From: a bacterium
GTDB lineage: Bacteria; JAHJDO01
Assembly: GCA_043824255.1 (NCBI GenBank)
Contig: JBDRTG010000023.1
Coordinates: forward strand, 1-14,748
Direction of reading: 5' to 3'
Length of the DNA: 14,748 bases
In this document: piece after piece, positions 7,325 to 14,748 of the stretch
Layout: every line of letters begins with the position of its first letter
How positions within the stretch are numbered: the stretch's first letter is position 1
The notes under the pieces: model-generated
What the model was told of the DNA's origin: nothing
The model's database searches: none
What the model saw: only the letters and a program-made list of their open reading frames with translations
Program-made: the position numbers and the translations under genes

Positions 7325-8176
7325 CTATATTTTCCTTAACAATTTCATCACCTCTGTAGTAAATGGATGAAGATACTCAGAACCTTTGTATAAGTTTCCA
7401 TCAGGAAATAAAACATCAACCGACCTTCCTACAATCTTTGCCTCATCAAGAATATCGCGAAAGAATGAGGAAAGTAAATATTCGTCTTCTGACCAGGGTT
7501 TAGTATGTAACGCCTTTAGGATTTTTGCAAAGAAGAGAAATGTTCTGACCCAATTTATACAGTGAAGTACATTTCCTAATTTTAACATTCTGATAAAACC
7601 CTGCTCATTTTTCAATAAGTATTTTTTCCCTTCTTCTTTCTCAACAAGTCCAGCCTTTGTCCACCTTTCAAGTATTCTGTAAACAATCTTCTGGTCAAAA
7701 TAAATCTCTTTTGCAATCTGGTTGGAGTTTCCTTCATGCCTTAAAAGAAGATACAGAAGAACTTCAACACGTGCATTCACTCCAAAAACTCCTCTGAGAT
7801 ATAGAGGTAGAAGACAAGGCTTCTGTATATTTGGTTCTGTGACCTTCTCTTTAACCTGGCTTTTTTCAAAAACACCTTGAGGAACTAAATGCTTATTCAA
7901 TCTCTTATCTATTTTATAAAAGCACTTTCCAATTCTTTTTAGTCTGGAGGAGTTTAACCACTCTCCATTCTTCTTTATCCATTCTAGCGAGACAGATAAA
8001 AGCCTTTTGTCAAACTTTCCCATAAACAGCGTAGATGAAAGCAAACTTTCAAGGTCAATTATCCAGTTCTTCTCCTCCTCAATTTGCGAAGCTACACCAA
8101 GGGAAGCCCACTGTCTCCAGTGAATCTGAATCAGTCTGTCCAAAAATTTCTCCCTAAATTCTTTGAGCAATGTCAC
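7325..8176 (-). CDS. wHTH-containing partner of the DUF6036 nucleotidyltransferase
   Basis: WRQWASLGV...IIDLESL and LRGVFGVNARVEVLLYLL...SNQIAKEIYFDQKIVYRILERW (HTH). Overlaps the upstream NTase gene. Confidence 0.7.
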   Translation of the reverse strand: MTLLKEFREKFLDRLIQIHWRQWASLGVASQIEEEKNWIIDLESLLSSTLFMGKFDKRLLSVSLEWIKKNGEWLNSSRLKRIGKCFYKIDKRLNKHLVPQGVFEKSQVKEKVTEPNIQKPCLLPLYLRGVFGVNARVEVLLYLLLRHEGNSNQIAKEIYFDQKIVYRILERWTKAGLVEKEEGKKYLLKNEQGFIRMLKLGNVLHCINWVRTFLFFAKILKALHTKPWSEDEYLLSSFFRDILDEAKIVGRSVDVLFPDGNLYKGSEYLHPFTTEVMKLLRKI

Positions 8177-8744
8177 TGTATCCCTTCTTTCTCAAAAAAT
8201 CCTTCAAAATAGCCTTAAATCCTTCCGAAACATCCTGGGTTAAAACCCATCTTGCTGCCATCTCCATTTCCTGCTTTGTAGGCTTTAATGCAAATGGGTC
8301 ATCCACATGATACCCACCGCGGTCAAGTGCTGCATATAGTTTGAAATGTATCTGGTCAAGTCGACTAATAAAATAGATAGTAAGATATTTGCCGTATCGT
8401 CTTCCAACAAGTCTCTTTTCAAATCCTACTGGCAAGCCTAATTCTACCTGCGACGCTGGGCCTATATTAATCCATTCTTTCGGAAGTTCGAAATCTCTCT
8501 CAACGACTTTTGCTGCTTCCAGAAACCTTTCAGGAAATCTATCTATCTTTTTCACAATGATTTCCTTTTCGCTATAAACAGCTTCACCAAGGACATCTAC
8601 ATCCTTGGTAGTTCTCAAAACGAGACCGAGAGCAAAAAGAGCGGTGCCCCCACAAACTACAAGTGAAATACTAGAACCATTGTAAAGATCAATTTGCCGG
8701 TCAAGAGCATTAAATATATCTTCCATATTTTTTTTGCTAATCAT
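8154..8744 (-). CDS. DUF6036/AbiEii-like nucleotidyltransferase
   Basis: LVVCGGTAL...RTTKDVDV, FELPKEWINIGP and DQIHFKLYAA motifs. Confidence 0.82.
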   Translation of the reverse strand: MISKKNMEDIFNALDRQIDLYNGSSISLVVCGGTALFALGLVLRTTKDVDVLGEAVYSEKEIIVKKIDRFPERFLEAAKVVERDFELPKEWINIGPASQVELGLPVGFEKRLVGRRYGKYLTIYFISRLDQIHFKLYAALDRGGYHVDDPFALKPTKQEMEMAARWVLTQDVSEGFKAILKDFLRKKGYSDIAQRI

Positions 8745-8753
8745 ATTATAAGG

Positions 8754-8782
8754 ATTTTATCACCTAATTTTAAGGCTGTCAA
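8754..8782 (-). promoter_or_regulatory. Sigma70-type promoter of the DUF6036 operon
   Basis: TTGACA (8782-8777), 17 bp, then TAAAAT (8759-8754) with an extended TG. The ATG is only 9 bp downstream. Confidence 0.75.
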
Positions 8783-9111
8783 GTCCTAAAAAAGAGTGTC
8801 AGATAAAAATTAAAAGTGAACTGTTTTAGCCTCGAAAAAGGCCCTACTTTGCCCATGGTGACAGCTTCGCTCTTATTGGGCCTATATTGGTCTCTATAGG
8901 CCCTAAAATCCGTTGTGTATTTTTAGGTATTATAAGTTATTCTCCGAATAACTGTTACGTCTTTTTTTACATACCAAGTTTACTAACTGTAGGGAATAAT
9001 CTAAAGTGGCCTAAAAAGAATAACGAGTAGTAAAGAAAATGTATGTTTTCTTCCAACAAAAGCTGGGTTATGATGTTTCCTGTTCATTTCCAACTCCAGC
9101 AGTGCGATTTC

Positions 9112-9179
9112 TTGACAAAGAAAGAGCAAAGTGATACTTTATAGTTGTGTTTCGGTAAATAGGTATATTTCGGTAAATA
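9112..9179 (+). promoter_or_regulatory. Promoter and direct-repeat operator of the AbiE-like operon
   Basis: TTGACA (9112), 17 bp, then TG-a-TACTTT. TTTCGGTAAATA at 9150 and 9168, with a partial copy at 9210. Confidence 0.6.
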
Positions 9180-9199
9180 ACGAAAGAGATGAAAGAAAG

Positions 9200-10252
9200 A
9201 TGAAAATGGTTTCGGAAAAGCAAATCTTGAATAAGGTACCAGTTCTTATAGAAAAAAATATCCCTGCTTTTAAGATCAGAAAAATTGTGCATCAGCCTAA
9301 AATTAAAGGGATAATTCCTGATATGGTAATTGATGTTGATATAGCAGGTAAAAAGAGAAAACTTATCATTGAAGTTAAATCTAGAGGCTTCCCTTCACAA
9401 ATACTTCAATCTATCCCCATTTTGCTTAAAGCAGCCTCTGTGATAAAAAACAGTTATCCTATCTTTGTTTCAGACTTTATCTCTAAGAATGGTGCTTCTA
9501 TCTGTAAAGAGAATAATATTGGCTATTTAGACCTTGCTGGGAATTGCTATGTAGGTTTAAAAGAGGTCTACATAGAAAAAGTTGGGGAAGAACAAATAAA
9601 GAGAACTCACAGCATCTTGAAAAAGTTATTCTCTCCTAAAGCAACGAGGATTATACGAGCATTACTTGAGGATCCAGAAAGATTATGGGGAATAAGCGAG
9701 TTGTCTCAAACCCTAGAGGTAGCCTTGGGATATACTCATGAAGTTATAGCCAAACTTCTTAAGCAAGGCTATGTGATTCGCGATCAAAAGAAGCAAATTC
9801 ATCTGTCTCGTCCAGCTGAGTTACTAAATGACTGGGCAAGACAGTATAGAATTTCTCCTGAGTCTATTCATTCCTATTATTCATCTATAAAAAACCCCCA
9901 GGAATTAATGAAGAAAATAGCTAATACACTTAAAAGAAATAGAACTACTTATTGCTTTACTCTTCATGCAGGAGCTTCTTTAGTTGCCCCCTTTATGCGT
10001 TTTAATGATGTGCATTTTTATTACCTTGAAGATATTAAAAGAATTGTTCAGCAATTGGAGTTAGAAGAAATAGAATTTGGAGGCACTGTACATCTTATTG
10101 AACCTTATGAGCAAGGTATATTTTACCAAAAACAAACTATAGAAGGCAAAGATGTAGTCTGCAATACTCAGCTCTACTTAGATCTTAATCAATATCCTAC
10201 AAGAGGGAAGGAGCAGGCAGAGTTTTTGCGTGAAAAAAGGATAAAATACTAA
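9200..10252 (+). CDS. Type IV TA AbiEi-family antitoxin (PD-(D/E)xK-like N-domain + wHTH + AbiEi C-domain)
   Basis: PDMVI...IIEVKS, GYLDLAGNCYV, LFSPKATRIIRALL, ELLNDWARQY, QLYLDL...RGKEQAEFL. The start was moved to ATG 9200/9206 because 9131 lies in the promoter. Confidence 0.82.
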   Translation: MKMVSEKQILNKVPVLIEKNIPAFKIRKIVHQPKIKGIIPDMVIDVDIAGKKRKLIIEVKSRGFPSQILQSIPILLKAASVIKNSYPIFVSDFISKNGASICKENNIGYLDLAGNCYVGLKEVYIEKVGEEQIKRTHSILKKLFSPKATRIIRALLEDPERLWGISELSQTLEVALGYTHEVIAKLLKQGYVIRDQKKQIHLSRPAELLNDWARQYRISPESIHSYYSSIKNPQELMKKIANTLKRNRTTYCFTLHAGASLVAPFMRFNDVHFYYLEDIKRIVQQLELEEIEFGGTVHLIEPYEQGIFYQKQTIEGKDVVCNTQLYLDLNQYPTRGKEQAEFLREKRIKY

Positions 10253-11116
10253 ATGGGCAAGATTAGAAATGCGGATGAATTTGATTCTGGAGTAGTTAAA
10301 GCTTCAAAATCAGTAATTTTAGAGTTGGGTGTAATTTTAAGGAGCTACTTTGATGAATTGATTCTGATTGGTGGATGGGCACCATATTTTATATTAAAAA
10401 AATATCAGAAGGAAGGGTTTGTGCATGTAGGTTCAATTGATATTGACCTTGCTGTTAATCCCACAATAAGCGAGAAGAAATACGGTACAATTATAAGTTT
10501 GATAAAAGAGAGGGGTTATCAAGCAGTTCAGGATGAATTGGCAGATGTTTTTGAATTTAGATTTGAGAGAACATTGATTTCTCCTCACGATAATAAAGAG
10601 TACACTATAAAAATAGATTTTCTGACTTCTCATCTTGGAGAGGAAGGAATAGAAGCGGTTCACCGCAAAATTCAGCCCGATTTACAGGCTTTAAAAGCCA
10701 AAGGTTGTCAGCTTGCATTTGGGCATTTTATGGTTACAGAAATTAAAGATGTTTTGCCGGGTAATGGTAAAGCCTCTTGCAAATGGAAGGTGGCTAATAT
10801 CGTTAGCAGTTTAATAATGAAGTCCTTTGCTTTGGGTGGAAGATATAAGGAAAAAGACGCATATGATATTCACTATATGATTGCAAATTACAAAAATGGT
10901 CCTTTTTCTGTTGCTGGGGAGTTAAAGCAATATCTAAATAATGAAGTTGTACAGGAAGGGCTGTCACATATAAGAGAGGCATTTAAAGATATAAACTCTA
11001 ACGGTCCCGTCTGGGTAGCAAATTTCTATAATATTACTGGTGAACGAGAATATCAGATAAAAATAGCTGATGCCTATAAAAATGTAAGTAAGTTCTTGGA
11101 ATTATTAGATAGGTAG
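10253..11116 (+). CDS. AbiEii-like nucleotidyltransferase toxin
   Basis: LIGGWAPY...HVGSIDIDL, IDFL and MKSFALGGRYKEKDAYDIHY. Abuts the AbiEi-like gene. Confidence 0.82.
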   Translation: MGKIRNADEFDSGVVKASKSVILELGVILRSYFDELILIGGWAPYFILKKYQKEGFVHVGSIDIDLAVNPTISEKKYGTIISLIKERGYQAVQDELADVFEFRFERTLISPHDNKEYTIKIDFLTSHLGEEGIEAVHRKIQPDLQALKAKGCQLAFGHFMVTEIKDVLPGNGKASCKWKVANIVSSLIMKSFALGGRYKEKDAYDIHYMIANYKNGPFSVAGELKQYLNNEVVQEGLSHIREAFKDINSNGPVWVANFYNITGEREYQIKIADAYKNVSKFLELLDR

Positions 11117-11123
11117 ATCTGTT

Positions 11124-12281
11124 ATGGGTGTTGATGATAATGAAAAACCCATTGGCGTTAAGAATGATAAAAAACTTCTTAGAGAATCATTATTAATGAA
11201 TAGAGAGAAAAAGGCAATTAAAAGAAGACAAACATCCAAAATTAATCCTAAAATCAATTTTTGTGAGGTGGAAGATTGTTTAGATCGTCTTTCTAATTCT
11301 CGCATAATTGAGAATCTTGAGATATATAATTTAGTAAAGGATCTAACAAACAGAGTTTGTTTTTCTTATAAAGATAAATACGAGAAACGCTGGGAACAAT
11401 TTTATTTACCTTTAAAAAGAAAAGGAAAAGAGATAAGCAACCCTTTTAGTGTTGCCAAATATGAAAAAGATTTCTTTTGCTATTTTTTCCAGCTGGGCAG
11501 TTTACATATTAAAAAAGGAAATAAAGAAACAGAGAAAGTATTTAAAAAGATATTTCAGGAAGCAATTAGATTTATACAATTCATAAAACAGACAAAGGGA
11601 GAGATTGTAAAAAAGACGGTTCCATACGATTTTCGTACAGGAAGAATTAAAGGTAAGCATATATTGGATAGGGTGATTTCCCAAAAAGAAAAAGCAAAAA
11701 TAATGAAAGATTATGAGTATCATTTGCAAAGAGATATTAAAACAGGGGGTTGTTCCTTAAGCGATTACCTAAATACAGCCGGTATATGTTATAAAGCATC
11801 TTTTGGTAAGGAAGCCTCAAGTCTTAAACCCTTGGGAATGTATAGGAGATGGGCGGACAGAAGAGATGGAGGAATGCTTGCCATTAAGAACAGGAACAGT
11901 AAAAAAGCCTTTTTGAACTGGTACGAGAGTAGCAAGTGGATGGGTTCGCACCCTTTTGAAATTGTTTTCAGCTGGCATAGACACGGCATTCATCTCTATC
12001 CACCTTCATCCAATAATTTTTGGAAGTATTCTTTAAGGGTAACCAACTATGCTTATGTTGGGGATTTTATAAAAATGGTAAAAGCGTTAATTAACAGCAA
12101 AGTTCCTTTTATCGCCCAAAATTTGGAAGAAGTTTTAGATTACCTTACAGGAGAAACTTATTTCACCGTAAATAATTATTCAGATAATTTTTTCTCTTAT
12201 ATTCCTTCTCGAGAACATAAGAAAGCGTATTTTAAGCATATAGAATGGGATAAGTTAAAAATCCTGAAAGAGATTAAATGA
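11124..12281 (+). CDS. Hypothetical protein (385 aa, start uncertain)
   Basis: Long ORF in an operon. The C-half has motif-like YRRWADRRDGGML and GSHPFEIVF...GIHLYP. Confidence 0.75.
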   Translation: MGVDDNEKPIGVKNDKKLLRESLLMNREKKAIKRRQTSKINPKINFCEVEDCLDRLSNSRIIENLEIYNLVKDLTNRVCFSYKDKYEKRWEQFYLPLKRKGKEISNPFSVAKYEKDFFCYFFQLGSLHIKKGNKETEKVFKKIFQEAIRFIQFIKQTKGEIVKKTVPYDFRTGRIKGKHILDRVISQKEKAKIMKDYEYHLQRDIKTGGCSLSDYLNTAGICYKASFGKEASSLKPLGMYRRWADRRDGGMLAIKNRNSKKAFLNWYESSKWMGSHPFEIVFSWHRHGIHLYPPSSNNFWKYSLRVTNYAYVGDFIKMVKALINSKVPFIAQNLEEVLDYLTGETYFTVNNYSDNFFSYIPSREHKKAYFKHIEWDKLKILKEIK

Positions 12282-12997
12282 TTAAGTTTGGAATTAGACA
12301 GTCATTTGATAAAATTGAACAAATAGAAGAAAGGTTTTCTAATCTAAATGTACCTGTGGAAATAGCTTTGCCTTATTATTGGGATATCTATGAACCTATT
12401 AGGGCATATTTGAAAGAGATAGCGGGAAAAATTAAGAATTTAGGCATAGAAGTTTTGGGCATACACGCGGTCCAAGCTCCTATTACAGATGAAAGATTTA
12501 AAATATGGGGAAAGGAAATAGCTGATTTTGCAAGAATACTTGGCGTAAAGACTATAACTTTGCATCCCAATAATACAAATAAAAATCAAGATATACAGAA
12601 AAAGGCACTTAAAAACTTAGAGTATTTCACTGTTTTGTATAAGAACAGTATTATCTTTAGTATTGAAACTTTTTCTGGAAAAAGAAGAGTGTTTACTCCC
12701 GATGAAATAGTTGAGTTTAATTTACCTATGACTCTTGACCTTGCACATATAAAGGACAATAAAAGGATATGGAGTTTGCTTAAAAATTACAAAGACAATA
12801 TTGTAAATATCCATCTTTCGGCTAAAGGGGATACCATCCACCACTTACCGATTGATAGCTTTTGCAGAGAAGTAGTTGATTATCTTATTAAAAATAAATG
12901 GAACGGGAATATAATATTAGAGTATTTACCTGAATTCCATGGTCAAATGTCAGCCGATTTAAAATCTCTTATCGATGAATATGCCAGACATAGATAA
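12278..12997 (+). CDS. Xylose-isomerase-like/AP endonuclease 2 TIM-barrel metalloprotein
   Basis: GIHA, TLHP, SIET, TLDLAH, NIHLS, HHLP and ILEY give the metal-ligand pattern. Confidence 0.8.
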   Translation: MIKFGIRQSFDKIEQIEERFSNLNVPVEIALPYYWDIYEPIRAYLKEIAGKIKNLGIEVLGIHAVQAPITDERFKIWGKEIADFARILGVKTITLHPNNTNKNQDIQKKALKNLEYFTVLYKNSIIFSIETFSGKRRVFTPDEIVEFNLPMTLDLAHIKDNKRIWSLLKNYKDNIVNIHLSAKGDTIHHLPIDSFCREVVDYLIKNKWNGNIILEYLPEFHGQMSADLKSLIDEYARHR

Positions 12998-13038
12998 AGT
13001 TCCCTCCCATCAAAATGGAATAGGAATTTTGAAAAGAT

Positions 13039-13221
13039 ATGAGTAGAAAAGTCCACAGAGTTCCTGTTTATTTCGATACAAAAGGGATTTCTGTGCTTCC
13101 TTTTGAAGAAATTAAATGTATTTTAAGAGGAGCGGATGAAATAATTATGCAAGGTGGCCGATCTCTGCTTGCTAAAATCTTAAAAGGGTCGAAAGATAAA
13201 AAGGTTATCGAGCTTAAACTA
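13039..13221 (+). pseudogene. RQC-domain DNA-binding protein, N-terminal fragment
   Basis: EEIKCILRGADEIIMQGGRSLLAKILKGSKDKKVIELKL. The rest of the ORF to 13377 is unrelated. Confidence 0.72.
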
Positions 13222-13557
13222 AAGCCCAAGGTAAGGATCGTGCAATATTTCGCACTTGGCATTTCAGCCATGAAGCATAGCGGTTTTTTTGCATTTTTGG
13301 TTAGATTATCACCCATTTTAAGTTTACCACACCCCTCAAAATATTGCTTACAATACTTGCATACAATACCGCTATGAACCTGTTTACTATTTTACGTTAT
13401 CCACCTTTAAAAGCGGGAAATATATCTCATTTTAGCGCGGATTAGTCTCCAATCGATGATGTTCCAGATCCATAAATTCATCTAATTATCCACTAATCAT
13501 TCATTGTATATTAAAAAACTTAAAAATCTGACGCAAAATGTTGCGTTAACTTATAGT

Positions 13558-13635
13558 TGCACGCGAGATTGCACGCAAGATGCACGCAAGAATTACCTAT
13601 ATTTGCACCGCATTTGCGATGCATTTCCACCGCAT
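13558..13635. repeat. Two triplicated motifs with about 11-bp period
   Basis: TGCACGC (13558, 13570, 13581) and TTGCACCGCAT/TTGCGATGCAT/TTCCACCGCAT (13603, 13614, 13625). Confidence 0.8.
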
Positions 13636-13639
13636 AATT

Positions 13640-13810
13640 TAAGTACATATAAATTGCCCTTCCAATACATTTTCTAATAATTACACTTTCGCCTTCAGTT
13701 CAGTAAGCTCCCTTAAGGCAGTATCACCGGATACATTCAAACTACTCTTCTCGCCATTAGCTCGCCAACTCGTAATAAAATTTGACACCACTTCCGCTTT
13801 TTTTGACAAT
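13640..13810 (-). pseudogene. Two wHTH C-terminal remnants
   Basis: IVKKSGSGVKFYYELAS* (13810-13757) and the frameshifted LNVSGDTALRELTELKAK/IIRKCIGRAIY (13742-13640). Confidence 0.55.
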
Positions 13811-13834
13811 GCGGGGTTCTAGCCATAGAACCCC

Positions 13835-13910
13835 TTGGAGATAAATTTCTATATTTGTAACGTTTTTTTGGAGATAATTTCGTATACTTATTACGCTTTT
13901 TTGGAGATAA
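13835..13910 (+). promoter_or_regulatory. Three TTGGAGATAA direct repeats at an exact 33-bp period upstream of the AAA fragment
   Basis: Copies at 13835, 13868 and 13901. Copies 2 and 3 extend to ACGYTTTTTTGGAGATAA. Preceded by the hairpin GGGGTTCTA-gcca-TAGAACCCC (13813-13834). Confidence 0.65.
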
Positions 13911-13913
13911 ATT

Positions 13914-14087
13914 ATGAAACGGACTTTATATAAAAATCTACTGAACTGGAAAAACAGCAATAAACGCAAGCCTCTTTTGCTGCAGGGAGCAAGGCAAGTT
14001 GGCAAAACCTATCTCATTAATGAGTTCAGACAGCAGGAATATTCAAATTATGTTTATTTGAATTTTGTTTTAGTTTTTCCCATTTAA
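13914..14087 (+). pseudogene. AAA_14/DUF4143 ATPase N-terminal fragment (absent from the ORF track)
   Basis: MKRTLYKNLLNWKNSNKRKPLLLQGARQVGKTYLINEF...YVYLNF has a Walker A motif and is cut at about 14066 by the convergent gene end. Confidence 0.85.
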
Positions 14088-14612
14088 TGCTATATATCCG
14101 CCTGTTTTTCTGCTTCCCCTTCTCTCGATCAGGTTATTTTCGATTAGGGTTTTTATCTGTCGTTCTATTGTTTTTACTGGTCTTCCGTTAAGGAGGGGGT
14201 TTAGGTCTTTTGCTTTAATTCCTGGATTTTCTTTTATCGCGGATAGCAACGTTTTTAATCCCTCATTTAATCCCTCAACAACCACTCTTGCTGGTAACGG
14301 CTTGTCTCCTACTATTCTTTCCATCTCTGGCCGTATGAAATAAATGCTAAACCAATGCTTGTCTGCCTTTATTCTTGGAACGGATAATTTATAGGCTTTC
14401 ATTGCCTTTCTCATTCGAATTAATCCCGAACCCGCTTTTTCTGCCAGCTCCATCCTTTGCATAAGATCAAAAAGCAAGGGATTTCTGGGAATGCTTTTTT
14501 CATATAAATCCTTAACAGTTAATTTCCCGATTAGCCCGCCGGGATTTATAACCACAACCCTGTTTTTAAAAATATTGACGTGGATATTTGATGTAGAGAA
14601 ATAGTCACGATG
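14070..14612 (-). pseudogene. C-terminal half of an HATPase_c_4 (RecG-C-like) + wHTH protein beginning at HRDY
   Basis: Extending the ORF upstream gives HRDYFSTSNIHVNIFKNRVVVINPGGL...SIPRNPLL...EKAGSG...IERRGSRKTGGY. It abuts the repeat, with no start codon or N-terminal half. Confidence 0.9.
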
Positions 14613-14717
14613 TTATCCCAAGAAAAATATTATGCAAAGTTACTGTTAAAACAGTTGATTATCAAAGAACAATTCTCTGTCATTGTTATCGTAACACACA
14701 TCATTGACTTTGCATAA
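14610..14717 (-). repeat. Right copy of the 108-bp perfect inverted repeat
   Basis: Exact reverse complement of 31-138. Identity stops abruptly on both sides. Confidence 0.97.
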
Positions 14718-14748
14718 AATAATGTTCTCTTTAAACATATCCCTACAA

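Larger units (their letters stand above)
31..14717. mobile_element. Putative non-autonomous mobile/invertible island carrying TA and defence cargo
   Basis: Bounded by identical inverted repeats, contains only accessory genes and has a split gene at both inner junctions. No mobility enzyme is encoded in the window. Confidence 0.55.

Noticed and set aside
8389..14005. Short antisense or alternative ORFs (8389, 9068, 10433, 11105, 11502, 11789, 12388, 13068, 13757)
   Set aside because: They lie opposite well-supported genes, fragments or promoters and have no motifs, apart from the wHTH-like last 17 aa of the 13757 ORF.
14732..14742. TAAACATATCC match to 6431-6441
   Set aside because: An 11-bp AT-rich match is plausible by chance and cannot be extended because the window ends.

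Overview
An AT-rich bacterial accessory region (about one third GC) with no core genes and no recombinase or transposase. Almost the whole window is bracketed by two identical 108-bp sequences in inverted orientation (31-138 and 14610-14717), built from repeated TTATSCMAAG-type boxes. Just inside them lie the N-terminal half (1091-162) and a C-terminal half (14612-14070) of an HATPase_c_4/RecG-C-like wHTH gene. Both halves are cut at the same CATCGT (His-Arg) hexamer of the conserved NAxxHR(D/N)Y motif and are in permuted order. Joining them at that hexamer gives a 14,445-bp circle with an in-frame 488-aa gene and leaves a 242-bp near-perfect palindrome made of tyrosine-recombinase-like box-N6-box sites. 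The cargo is toxin-antitoxin/defence material: an intact HicAB pair, a YhaV-like chimera, several orphan antitoxins, an MNT, a DUF6036 NTase pair, an AbiE-like pair heading a four-gene operon, and a high-GC YggL-like gene. Between these are many short gene shards (ORF6N palindromes, wHTH 3' ends with triplicated motifs, NYN, RQC and AAA fragments). All family calls come from motif recognition by eye, not from database searches.
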